This document shows positions 42,592 through 51,785 of a stretch of 64,000 bases of DNA, one piece after another. The stretch is from positions 768,312 to 832,311 of the forward strand of contig CAWDFY010000004.1 of the NCBI GenBank assembly GCA_963801745.1, read 5' to 3'. The position numbers and the translations under genes were made by a program. The DNA is from an uncultured Chloroflexia bacterium. GTDB taxonomy: Bacteria; Chloroflexota; Limnocylindria; Limnocylindrales; CSP1-4. The notes beneath the pieces are model-generated. The model saw only the letters and a program-made list of their open reading frames with translations. It had not been told where the DNA came from and did no database searches. Each line of letters begins with the position of its first letter. Positions within the stretch are counted from its first letter, which is position 1.

Positions 42592-43022
42592 CCGACCCCG
42601 CGCTCCCGGATGCCGTCGGCCCCAGCGCCGATGGGCTGCCCCGGCGAGCCAGCGCCGCACCCGTCCAGGCCGATGAGCGCGCCGCGCTCGACCTCGCCCG
42701 CCGCGTCGTCGAGCTGGCCGAGGACAAGAAGGCGGCCGACATGGTCGTGCTCGAGCTCACGCCGCTGACGACGCTCGCCGACTACTTCGTGATCTGCTCG
42801 GGCGGCTCGGAGCGGCAGCTCGACGCGATCGCTGACGGCATCATCTCGGGACTGCGCGACGAGAAGGTCCGGGCGATCGGGCGGGAGGGGACGGCCGCGT
42901 CGCACTGGGTGCTGATCGACTACGGGTCGGTGATCGTCCACATCTTCACGCCGCCCGAGCGCGACTACTACGGCCTCGAGAAGCACTGGTCCGAGGCCAA
43001 GACGATCCTCCGCGTCCAGTAA
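42588..43022 (+). CDS. rsfS: ribosomal silencing factor RsfS (iojap-like), intact
   Basis: GGAGGA 42572-42577 then GTG 42588 overlapping nadD stop. AEDKKAADMVVLEL..LADYFVICSGGSERQ..WVLIDYGSVIVHIF..RDYYGLEKHW. Confidence 0.85.
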   Translation: MTDPALPDAVGPSADGLPRRASAAPVQADERAALDLARRVVELAEDKKAADMVVLELTPLTTLADYFVICSGGSERQLDAIADGIISGLRDEKVRAIGREGTAASHWVLIDYGSVIVHIFTPPERDYYGLEKHWSEAKTILRVQ

Positions 43023-43126
43023 CGGGCCGTTCCCCGGACCCGCTGGAGGGCCCGTCAGTACTCTCCTGTACCGGTCACCGGGGTACCGTCGGGTCATGAT
43101 GGTCGGGCGACCGGCCGTGCAGCATC

Positions 43127-43387
43127 GTGGCATGTCCATCCACCCGCGATCGCTGCCCAGCCTGCGGTCACCGGCTCATCACGACCCGGTTCGACACGAC
43201 GTTCCGGTTGCCCGACCGGAGCGAGCGGCTGTGCTTCGGCATCCCGGGCGGCCTGTGCGAGGACTGCTCGCAGCTCTACATCGACCCGGACCTGATCGAG
43301 CTGCTCGATCTCGCCGAAGGCCGTTGCGTCTTCGCCATCGAGAGCGACCTCGTCGTCCAGGAGCAGGCCTGGTCGTCCGCCGACTGA
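43127..43387 (+). CDS. hypothetical small protein with two CxxC pairs (zinc-ribbon-like)
   Basis: 86-aa ORF with strongly G/C-ending codons on a hand check. CPACGH at the N-terminus and CEDCSQ about 35 aa later. No family recognised. Confidence 0.5.
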   Translation: MACPSTRDRCPACGHRLITTRFDTTFRLPDRSERLCFGIPGGLCEDCSQLYIDPDLIELLDLAEGRCVFAIESDLVVQEQAWSSAD

Positions 43388-43425
43388 CGGCCTGAGGCGT
43401 GCCGTCGGTCCCTGGTCAGCCGGGG

Positions 43426-44486
43426 CCGACGAGCCGCTCACTCCCTCCCGCGTGGTCGCGGACCCAGAGCAGGAACGCCAGCCGGCGCTGCGCGACGTCC
43501 GACTCGGAGCCCGGGCACGCCCTTCACCATCGCGTCGAGCTCGACCAGGCCATGGAGCGCCGCGGTCAGCTCGGCCGTCGTCCAGCGGCGGGCCTGGGCG
43601 GCCAGCGTCTTCGCCCGGTACTCGCTGCTGATGCCCATGGCCCGGGCGGCCTCGGGCAGCTTCGCACCCGGCGGCCAGCCGATCGCCGAGCTCCAGCAGC
43701 TCGACGACGCGCCGGTGGAGCACGGCCAGGAGGACCGGTTCCGGCGTGGCATCGAACAGCCGGTCGATAGCCGTCGCGGCCGCGTCGACCCGGCGCTCCC
43801 CGACGGCGTCGCCCAGGGCCCAGACCGACGCCGGCGTCGTCTCGGACACGAGCGCGCGGACGTCATCGGCGGTGACGGGCCCCTCGTCGACGACGTGGCG
43901 GAGGGCCAGCTTGTCGAGCTCGCCGGAGGCGATGCGGCTCAGGAATCGCCGGTCGACGTCGCCCTCGGTCACCCGCGCACCCAGCCGGTCGGCGAGCTCC
44001 CGGGCAGCGCCGGTCGCGAGGCCGAGCCCGCGGTCGCGGGCCTCGTCGGTGATCCAGGCGGCCAGGGCCGTGGGGCGCGGCGCCATCGCGTCGCGGATCG
44101 CGCCGCCGGCGGCCTTCACCGCGTCCGACAGCGCGGCGCACGCCCGGCCCCTTGGCGTTCGACTTCGCCGCCTCGACGAAGGCCAGCGCGTGGCCCGGCG
44201 CCATGAGCCCGATCGTCTCGACGACGCGGTCGCGGGTCTCGTTGCGCCGGGCGAGCGCGCCCGGGTTGGCGACCACCGCCAGCGTCCCGGCCCCGAACAT
44301 CGTCGGCGTCGCGAGACGCTCGTACAGGGCGGCCGCGTCGCTCGTCGCGGTCGTCGGGTCGGCGCGCAGGTCCCAGCGCTCGAGCGGCGAGCCGAGCTCG
44401 GCCTCCAGTGCCGCCGCGAAGCGCCCGACGAGTCGCTGTGCCAGCAGCTCGTCGTCGCCCCAGACGTAGAGCAGCGGGACGATCAC
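43426..44486 (-). CDS. holA: DNA polymerase III delta subunit (frame broken at least 3 times; 3' end approximate)
   Basis: MIVPLLYVWGDDELLAQRLV..GAGTLAVVANPG in the N-terminal piece. Middle piece LAAWITDEARDRGLGLATGAARELADRLG.. and the tail TAELTAALHGLVELDAMVKG are in other frames. Position downstream of comEC is typical. Confidence 0.7.
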
Positions 44487-47105
44487 CTCGCCGGGATCTC
44501 ACACGGGCACGGCCCGGCGACGGTCGCCGGCCGGCGGGGGCAGGGCAGGGCAGCGGCCTCGGACGGAGCGGGGATCGCCATCGGCCGGATGGTAGCCGAG
44601 GGCGGCCGCCGCGACGTGGAGCGGCGCCGCCGGTGACGGCGCGGCCGACGGCCCGCCGACGAACGGCTGGAGCGGGACGGCGCACAGGAACGACTCTGGG
44701 GACGGATGTCCGCCGCGGGACGGCAGCGGTGGCGCGGGCCGCGGTCCGACGCGGCGATGCGCGGACCGACATGCCACCGGCGTCGAAGGCCACGCTGACG
44801 GTCCCGTCCCGGTCCGTCCGGTACACGCGGGCGCCGGACGCGGCCAGCCGCTCGAGCGTCGCCCGGGCCGGGTGCCCGTACGGGTTGCCGGTGCCCGGCC
44901 GAGGCGATCGCCACGCGCGGGCGGACGGCGGCCACGAACGCGTCGGTCGTGGCGGTGCGGCTGCCGTGGTGGGCGACCTTGAGCAGGTCGACCGGCGGCA
45001 GGCCGGCGGCGAGCAGCGACGGGTCGACCTCCTCCTCGACGTCGCCGGCCAGCAGGAAGCGCCGCTCGCCGACGGTCCCGAGCATCACGACCGACACGTT
45101 GTTGATGCCCGTGCCGGTGTCGGGCGGCTCGGCCGGGACCTGGCCCCGGATCGGCCACAGGACGCGGAGCCCGATCTCGTCGACCGCCAGCCGGTCGCCG
45201 GCCGCGAGCGACAGGCGCAGCGCCCCATCGCGCCGACCGAGCCGCTCGAGCCACGCCGCATAGCCGGGTCCCGGTCCGCGCATGCCCGGCTCGAACACGC
45301 GACCGATGCGGTAGCGGTCGAGCAGCAGCGCGAGCCCGGCGACGTGGTCCTCGTGCGGGTGGCTCAGGACGAGCGCGTCGATGCGCCGGTCCCACGCCGG
45401 GATCCGCCGGTCGAGCTCGACCAGCAGTCGGTCGGGGTCAGGGCCGCCGTCGATGAGCAGCCGGCCGCCGCGCGACCCTTCGATGAGGATCGCGTCGCCC
45501 TGCCCGACGTCGAGCACCGTCACCCGGGCGACCCCGGCCGGCCGGCTGGCAGCCACGCCACCGACGACCGCGACGGCGACGATGAGCGCACCGGTCGCGA
45601 TGCGCATCGGCATCGATCGCGCGGCTCGCGGGGCGTCACGAGAACGGTCGGACGACGGTCGATTGCCCGTCGGTCGTCGGCGCCGCCGCCAGGCGACCGC
45701 CGTCGCGGCCAGCGCCGTGGATCCGACGGCCAGCCCGAGCCCGACCGGCGGGTCGAACGGGATGCTCGCCATCGGCAGCGCTGCCGCGACGTCGACGATC
45801 CCGATGATCGACCGTAGCGCCACCCAGCCCGGTGCCGCGAGCGCGATGCCGATGGCGGACGGCCCACCCGCGGCGACGAGCGCAGCGCCGACGAGCGCGA
45901 CCAGTCCCGCCGCCATGGCGGGCGCCACCAGCGGCACGACCACCAGGTTGACCGCCGGAGCGACCACGGCCAGGCGGCCGAACGTGGCGAGGACGACCGG
46001 GAGCGTGGCCGCCTGTGCCGCGAGCGACACGCCCAGGCTCTCGCCAAGCCAGCGTGGCAGGCGGCCTCCGGTCCAGCGCTCGAGTCGATCCGTCATCGGG
46101 GTGGCCCAGGCGACCAGCCCCGCCGTGGCCAGCGTCGAGAGCTGGAAGCCGGCATCGGCGATGAGCCGGGGGTCGACCAGGAGCAGCAGCGCGGCGGCCC
46201 AGCCGAGGGCCGCGGCCGCTCGGCCCGCGCGACCGCTCTCGCGGGCCAGCAGGACGACGCCGGCCATCGCGCCGGCACGCAGGACCGACGGCGAGGCGCC
46301 GGCGAAGGCGATGTACGCCGTGATCGCGATGGCGGTGATGACCGATCGGCGGCGCCGGCCGAACCGGCCGCCGAATGCCGCGACGGCCGCGGCCACGATC
46401 GCGATGTTCCAGCCCGAGATGGCCACGACGTGGCTGACGCCGGCGGTCGTGAATGCCGTCGCCACGCCGCGGTCGACCCGGTCTCGCAGCCCGATCAGGA
46501 TCCCGGCCGCGAGACCGGCCTCGGGCTCGGGCAGGACGCGGGTGAGGAGGTCGCCGGCGGCGCGTCGCGCCGACTCGAGCCCGCTCGCGAGGTCCGATCG
46601 CCGCCCGCGCAGCTCGAGCGTGCGGGCGTCGAGCGTGCCCCACGCGCCGATCCGATCGAGGTACTGCCCGTACGGGCTGTCCGGACGTTCGCGCACGCGC
46701 CCGCCGACCTCGACGAGATCGCCCGGCCCGACCGAGGGGTAGCGGGGCAGGGTCGCGGCCAGCCGGAAGCCCGTCGCGCCCTCGTCGACCGTCCGGAGCG
46801 TCGCGACCTGTCGGCCCTCGCGCGGCGGACCGACGCCCTCGACGACCATCGCCCATGGCCCCGATCCGTCCGGTCTGCGCATCGAAGGCGGCGGGAGCGG
46901 GACCGACGATGCCCCGGAACAGGACGACGACGACGCCGACCGACAGGGCCACGACTCGTCCGCGGTGCGAAGCTGCGGCGGTGATGGTGACGAACAGCGC
47001 CGTGGCACCGATGGCCAGGGCGATCGCCGCCGCCCGCCGATCCTCCGTCGCGATGGCGGCGGCTCCGATGGCGGCCCCGACCGCCAGCCAGCCGCTGCGC
47101 GGCAC
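44483..47105 (-). CDS. comEC: DNA internalisation competence protein ComEC/Rec2 (frame broken at least 3 times)
   Basis: Polytopic competence domain (AFTTAGVSHVVAISGWNIAIV..) followed by a metallo-beta-lactamase domain (VTVLDVGQGDAILIE, VLSHPHEDHVAGL, KVAHHGS). The N-terminal 90 aa and the C-terminal part are in other frames. Confidence 0.85.
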
Positions 47106-47835
47106 CTACCCGACCGTGACGAGCGCGCGAAGGCTCTCGAAGGTCTTCTCGCCGAGCACGCCGCGCGACCGCAGCTCCTCGACCGCCGTGAATGGTGCCT
47201 CCTCGCGAGCCGCGATGATCTTCGAGGCCGTCGCCGGGCCGACGCCCGGCAGCGCCTCGAGCTCGGTCTGCGTCGCCCGGTTCAGGTCGACGAGGGTCGA
47301 ACCGGCCCCGCTGCCACTTGCCGCTGCGCCCGATGGAGCGGTGGCGGCGTCATCCCTCGACGGGACGCGGATGTGGTCGCCGTCGCGCAGCGGCGCGGCG
47401 AGGTTGAGTTCCTGCTCCGCCCGGGCGGTGTCGACGCGTGGCCCGTAGCCGCCGGCCACGCGGACCAGGTCGGCCAGGCGCGACCCGACGGGCAGCGTGT
47501 AGACGCCGGGCACCGGGACGGCGCCGACGATCTCGACGACCAGCTCCTGGCCGCCTGACGGTCGCGGACGGGACCGGACCGCCGTCGCTGCCGACGGCGA
47601 GCGGCGACCCGCCGTCGACGCGGAGGCTGCCGTTCCCTGACCCGAGGGCCAGCACGATGGCCACGACCGCACAGGCGACCGCGCCGCCGCCGATCGCGAC
47701 GAGCTTCGCGATGGCGACCGGGGTCGCCGTCGGGCTCGGCACGGGCGTGGCCCGCACGGGATCACCCGCCGGCGCGGTGCCTGCCGGTTCCTCGAGCACC
47801 CGCCAGGGCGGGGTCGCGCTCGGCTGCATGTGCAC
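47106..47835 (-). CDS. comEA: ComEA-type DNA-binding competence protein (one frame break near 47555)
   Basis: N-terminal TM VAIGGGAVACAVVAIVLAL, SLBB-like VEIVGAVPVPGVYTLPVGSRLADLV, C-terminal helix-hairpin-helix LNRATQTELEALPGVGPATASKIIAAR. Confidence 0.85.
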
Positions 47836-47900
47836 GCTCCGCGGCGGGCGGATCCAGGGTAGAGACGCCGCAGGATGTGCGACGTCCCGTCATGTCGGGG

Positions 47901-47919
47901 GCACTTCCGACGCGGCGGG
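47901..47919 (+). repeat. direct repeat copy 1: GCACTTCCGACGCGGCGGG
   Basis: It shares an exact 12-mer GCACTTCCGACG plus GGCGGG with 48256-48273, and it is embedded in a 9-bp-arm inverted repeat GACGTCCCG...CGGGACGTC (47881-47924). Confidence 0.7.
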
Positions 47920-47991
47920 ACGTCTGGACGACTCTAGCGACGACGCCTTAGCTGCGACTTATCTCAACCGTGGGCGGTCCGTTCGGCCGCG

Positions 47992-48192
47992 ATGACCGCG
48001 CTGGCCGATATCGAACGGTCGATCGAGTTCGCGCCGGAAGTGTCGATCTTCTACGCATACCGCGGCGCAGCCAAGGCGATCGGCGGCGACACGGCTGGCG
48101 GTCTCGCCGACTTCGATCGAGCCAACACCATGGCCACTGACTCCGACGAGATCACCGCCATCAAGGAGCTGAGGCACGAGTTCGGGCTCTGA
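47992..48192 (+). pseudogene. orphan TPR-like C-terminal fragment (may extend upstream to about 47940 in another frame)
   Basis: 66-aa ORF ..ALADIERSIEFAPEVSIFYAYRGAAKAIGGDTAGGLADFDRA.. resembles tetratricopeptide helices. The upstream frame reads ALAATYLNRG before a stop. It lies in a lower-GC patch with no convincing start context. Confidence 0.3.
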
Positions 48193-48255
48193 ACGACCCT
48201 GAGCGAGCCCACCCTCGCACCCGGCCATCGGTCGTCTCTCCATTGCGCGTCGGCA

Positions 48256-48273
48256 GCACTTCCGACGGCGGGG
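48256..48273 (+). repeat. direct repeat copy 2: GCACTTCCGACGGCGGGG
   Basis: See copy 1. The two copies bracket the lower-GC TPR-fragment segment. Confidence 0.7.
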
Positions 48274-48404
48274 CGCCTCGTTCCGGACTCAACGATGTCC
48301 TCATGCAGATCGAGTTCCAGTTCAGCAGTCTCTAACAAGGATCCGGACGACTTCACGCTCGACGGACCAGGGCGTACGCTCCGCGTACTCGCTCGGGAGC
48401 CGCC

Positions 48405-50552
48405 GTGCAGCTCGAGGTCCGTCTTCTCGGGGATGTCGCGTTGTTGGTCGACGGTCACTCGCTCGATCTCGGTGGCACGCGCCAGCGAAGCGTGCTCGCG
48501 ATCCTGCTGCTCCAGCGGGACCGAGCGATCTCGACCGAGCTCCTGGCCGACCGGCTATGGCCCGACGACCAGCCGCTGAGCGCGATCAAGACGGTCCAGG
48601 TCTACGTCTCGAGGCTTCGCCATGCTCTCGGCCCCGAGGCCAGCCGACTCACCTCCACCTCGTCCGGTTACCGCCTGACGGTCGCCGACGACGAGTTCGA
48701 CGTCGCGCGCTTCGAGCGTGGTCTGCGGCAGGCGCGCGAGGCGCTCGCGTCGGGCACCACCGACGCTGCCCGCGCCACCCTCGAGGCCGCCCTGGCCGAG
48801 TGGTCGGGCACGGCCCTCGGCGATCTGGCCGACGAGCAATTCGCGCGCCTCGAGGCCGACCGGCTCGAGGAGTTACGACTCCAGGCGATCGAGGAGTTGT
48901 ACGAGATGCGTATCGGTGCGGGCTCGGGTCGCGAGGCCATCGCGGAGCTGCGTCGCCTCGTCGCCGACGAGCCCGGGCGCGAGCGGCTGTGGCGTCTGCT
49001 GATGTTCGCGCTGTATGCCGACGGTCGCCAGGCGGAGGCCCTCGAGGCCTACCAGGAGGCCCGGCGGTACCTGGCCGATGAGCTCGGCCTCGACCCGAGC
49101 CCGGAGCTCCAGGAGCTGGAGCGCGCGATCCTGACCCAGGAGGCGCCGAGACCACACCGGGCAGTGGTCATGCCGACTGTCGCCGAACCGGCAACCGAGC
49201 CCGAGCCCGTCGCCCGCCGGACCCGCCGGACTGTGACGGTGCTCAGGGCCGACGTCGTCCGACCGTCTGACGATGAGGCCGATCCGGAGCTCCTGGCGGC
49301 GCTCGATCGGCGTGCCCTCGACGTCGTCCGCCGCGCGGTCGAGCGTCACGGCGGCACGATCGATCGGACCGACCAGGATGGCATGACCGTCGTGTTCGGC
49401 CTGACCGTCGCCCGCGAGGACGACGCCCTGCGCGCAGTCCGGGCGGCTGATGAGCTGCGGGACGGCGCTGCCAACGCGGTCGCCTTCCGGATCGGTGTCG
49501 CGACCGGCGAGGTCGTGGCCGGATCGCCGCTTGGCCCGGCCCCGGCCCCGGCACTCACCGGCACCCCTCTCAAGGAGGCCGCGCGGCTCGCCGCCCGGGC
49601 GACGCCGCTAACAGTGCTATTGGCAACAGGCACCGAGGCGCTCATCCGTGGCGTGGTGTCGACCAGGCCGCAATCCTCCGGGCGGCACGACGACGAGCCG
49701 GCGTCGTCGGCGGTACGGCTGGTGGCCCTGACCGACGGCGACGCGATCGTCCGGCGGACGACCACCCCGTTCGTAGGCCGGACCGCCGAACTCGACGGCC
49801 TCGTCGCCGCCTTCGAGCGGGTGGTGGCCGATGGAGCACCCGGCCTCGTCACCGTTCTCGGAGCCCCGGGCGTCGGCAAGAGCCGGCTCGTCGCCGAGGC
49901 CCTCGCCCGCGTCGCTGAACGAGCCACGATCCTTCGCTCGCGCTGCCTGCCGTATGGCGACGGGATCACCTATTGGCCGGTCCGCGAGCTGGTCCTCGAG
50001 GCGGCCGACATCGGGTCCGGCGAGTCAAGGACGGACGCCCTCCGCAGACTCGACACCGTCGTCGCCGGGTCGGACGCGCTCGTGCGCGACCGGGTCGCGG
50101 CAGTCATCGGCTTGTCCGATGTCCCGGTGCCGGCCGAGGAGATCCGTTGGGCGGTACGGCGTTTCTGCGAGGCGCTAGCCGCGGCGCGTCCACTGGTCGT
50201 CCTGGTCGACGACCTGCAATGGGCTGAGCCGATTCTCGTCGAGCTGCTCGAGCACATCCTCGACTTAGGTCATGGCCCGCTGCTGCTGGTGACCATCGCC
50301 CGCCCGGAGCTCGAGGAGGTCCATCCGGACTGGCTGATCCGAGCGACCCTGGGCCTGACTCGTCTCGAGGCGCTCAATGAAACCGACGCCGCAGTGCTGC
50401 TCGATCAGCTCGCGCCAGAGCTGCCGCCCGGGCTGCTGCGCACGGGGATCCTGGCCGCCGCCGAGGGCAACCCGCTGTTCGTCGAGCAGTTCGTCGCTTA
50501 CATGTTCGACGAGCCCGGCCATGTTGGGCGAACGTTCCATGAGGACGCATGA
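48405..50552 (+). CDS. SARP/AfsR-like regulator: OmpR-type wHTH + BTAD + class-III-cyclase-like domain + STAND/AAA ATPase; ends abruptly without the usual C-terminal repeats
   Basis: LEVRLLGDV..RQRSVLAILLL..VYVSRLRHAL (wHTH); BTAD helices (RLWRLLMFALYADGRQAEALEAYQEARRYLADELGLDPSPEL); VTVLRADVV..FRIGVATGEVVAG (cyclase-like); VLGAPGVGKSRL (Walker A); LVVLVDDLQWAE (Walker B); GNPLFVEQ. 715 aa in one frame. Confidence 0.8.
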   Translation: MQLEVRLLGDVALLVDGHSLDLGGTRQRSVLAILLLQRDRAISTELLADRLWPDDQPLSAIKTVQVYVSRLRHALGPEASRLTSTSSGYRLTVADDEFDVARFERGLRQAREALASGTTDAARATLEAALAEWSGTALGDLADEQFARLEADRLEELRLQAIEELYEMRIGAGSGREAIAELRRLVADEPGRERLWRLLMFALYADGRQAEALEAYQEARRYLADELGLDPSPELQELERAILTQEAPRPHRAVVMPTVAEPATEPEPVARRTRRTVTVLRADVVRPSDDEADPELLAALDRRALDVVRRAVERHGGTIDRTDQDGMTVVFGLTVAREDDALRAVRAADELRDGAANAVAFRIGVATGEVVAGSPLGPAPAPALTGTPLKEAARLAARATPLTVLLATGTEALIRGVVSTRPQSSGRHDDEPASSAVRLVALTDGDAIVRRTTTPFVGRTAELDGLVAAFERVVADGAPGLVTVLGAPGVGKSRLVAEALARVAERATILRSRCLPYGDGITYWPVRELVLEAADIGSGESRTDALRRLDTVVAGSDALVRDRVAAVIGLSDVPVPAEEIRWAVRRFCEALAAARPLVVLVDDLQWAEPILVELLEHILDLGHGPLLLVTIARPELEEVHPDWLIRATLGLTRLEALNETDAAVLLDQLAPELPPGLLRTGILAAAEGNPLFVEQFVAYMFDEPGHVGRTFHEDA

Positions 50553-50911
50553 TTGCGATCGGGTCTGACGGCGCGATGCTCGATGGCTGGCCGGTCGGTC
50601 TCCGGGCGGGCAGGCGCGACGTTCTGGTCGATGGCGGTCGGGCCGAGCCTCGGCTGGCGCTCGCGATCGAGCCCGAAGCGCACGGGCATTCCGCCAGGTC
50701 CTCGCGATCAACGATGACAGCACGGAGCCGTGGCGGACGCCGATCGTCGAGCGCGAGGCGCTGGATGTCTCGGACGTCCCTCAGCGGAAGCGATCGCGCC
50801 GACGAGGCGCCCGACCGTCGAGGCCGTCCATGATCTTGGGGTTGACCCAGAAGAAGATGCCGAAGCCGAGCCCGGCGCGAGGATGAACGGGAGGATGTCG
50901 GTGGGCGACAT

Positions 50912-51308
50912 TCAGATGCGCTCCCAGTCGACCCACCGGGTGCCGTCCCACCAGCGGTGCCAGACCCGGCCATCGCGGCCCGGGGCGAAGACGTCGATCC
51001 GGTCGGCGCCCCACGACGACGCGGCCGGCGTCCCGGTCAGCTCACCGCCCATCGGCTCCCACTCGTGCCACGAGGTGCCGTCCCAGTAGCGGTTCCAGAG
51101 CTGGCCGTCGTCGAAGATCGCGAACACCTGGAGCTCGTCGACGCCCCACGCGGTCGCGGCCGGCGCCGACGCGAGCTGCCCGCCGAGCGACGTCCGGCTC
51201 GGACCAGCGGGTGCCGTCGAACGAGCGATGCACCAGCGTCCGGTCGTCGGCGACCGTGAACAGGTCGATGCGATCGGGTCCCCAGGAGACGGCCGTGGTC
51301 GACGTGCA
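50912..51308 (-). pseudogene. 5'-truncated remnant of a Trp-rich beta-propeller (DUF346/PLL-tachylectin-like) repeat protein, 3 blades, one frame break near 51195
   Basis: Three roughly 45-aa repeats: AVSWGPDRIDLFTVADDRTLVHRSFDGTRWSEP / AATAWGVDELQVFAIFDDGQLWNRYWDGTSWHEWEPMGG / AASSWGADRIDVFAPGRDGRVWHRWWDGTRWVDWERI-stop. There is no start codon or N-terminus upstream; the hairpin repeats begin at 51322. Confidence 0.6.
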
Positions 51309-51321
51309 TCCGCGCAGCCTA

Positions 51322-51352
51322 CGCGACCGTGAGTCCCGATCGGCGAGTCGCG
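51322..51352. repeat. hairpin-capable about-30-nt repeat, copy 1 (CGCGACCGTGAGTCCCGATCGGCGAGTCGCG)
   Basis: The terminal arms CGCGAC / GTCGCG are inverted, and it shares 26 of about 30 positions with copy 2. Confidence 0.7.
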
Positions 51353-51382
51353 CCAGGCTCGATCGCGAGCGCAGGCCGAAAA

Positions 51383-51412
51383 CGCGACTGTGAGTCTCGC
51401 GCGCGAGTCGCG
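51383..51412. repeat. hairpin-capable about-30-nt repeat, copy 2 (CGCGACTGTGAGTCTCGCGCGCGAGTCGCG)
   Basis: Same architecture as copy 1, starting 61 nt away, located between the terminator hairpin and the truncated propeller gene. Confidence 0.7.
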
Positions 51413-51430
51413 CGACCCACCGGAATCGAA

Positions 51431-51458
51431 GAGCGCCTGCCGGGAGGGGCAGGCGCTC
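51431..51458 (-). terminator. intrinsic-terminator-like hairpin after the 89-aa gene
   Basis: Perfect 11-bp stem GAGCGCCUGCC / GGCAGGCGCUC with a 6-nt loop, 28 nt after the stop at 51487, followed on the transcript by UUCGAUUCC. Confidence 0.55.
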
Positions 51459-51486
51459 GTCGCGGTCGGGAAGCGAAGGTGATCGG

Positions 51487-51756
51487 CTAGTCCGCGACGG
51501 CGATGCTGCGGCCGAGGTCGTCGGCGAGGCGATCGTCGAGTCGACGGGTCGCCGCGGCAGCGCCGAGGCTGATCGCCGCGGTGGCGCGGGCGAGCCCACG
51601 CCGAAGGGCGGATGGTCGACCCTCGCTCGGGAGCCAGTCGTATTCCGCCTGGCCCAGCTGGCCATCGCGGGCCAGCCGCTCGAGCCGGCGCTGGTCGAGC
51701 TCGCGCGAACGGTCGTTCGCGAGATCGAGCGCGATCATGGTGTAGTAGGAATGCAC
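51487..51756 (-). CDS. hypothetical 89-aa protein, second gene of a micro-operon
   Basis: GAGGAGGA, 5-nt spacer, GTG 51756. VHSYYTMIALDLANDRSRELDQRRLERLARDG..; an 11-bp-stem hairpin follows 28 nt after the stop. No family recognised. Confidence 0.6.
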   Translation of the reverse strand: MHSYYTMIALDLANDRSRELDQRRLERLARDGQLGQAEYDWLPSEGRPSALRRGLARATAAISLGAAAATRRLDDRLADDLGRSIAVAD

Positions 51757-51785
51757 AGGGTTCCTCCTCGGGGATGGTCGGTGGC

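Noticed and set aside
39864-43022. A single 1052-aa ORF in the track that would fuse part of the M23 peptidase region, Obg, NadD and RsfS into one giant protein.
   Set aside because: It is an artefact of frame errors that remove the natural stops. Restoring one base near 41905 and one near 42505 gives normal termini (stops at 41953-41955 and 42589-42591) with GTGA start/stop overlaps. Each part has its own start context, for example GGAGGA before rsfS.
50552-50911. A discrete gene in the gap between the SARP regulator and the propeller remnant. Candidates: plus-strand ORF 50549-50833, or the minus-strand short hydrophobic ORF starting at 50911.
   Set aside because: Both strands give only frame-broken pieces with intermediate codon bias and no motifs. 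I cannot decide between a degraded C-terminus of the SARP gene, a small membrane protein gene, or junk, so no feature is called.
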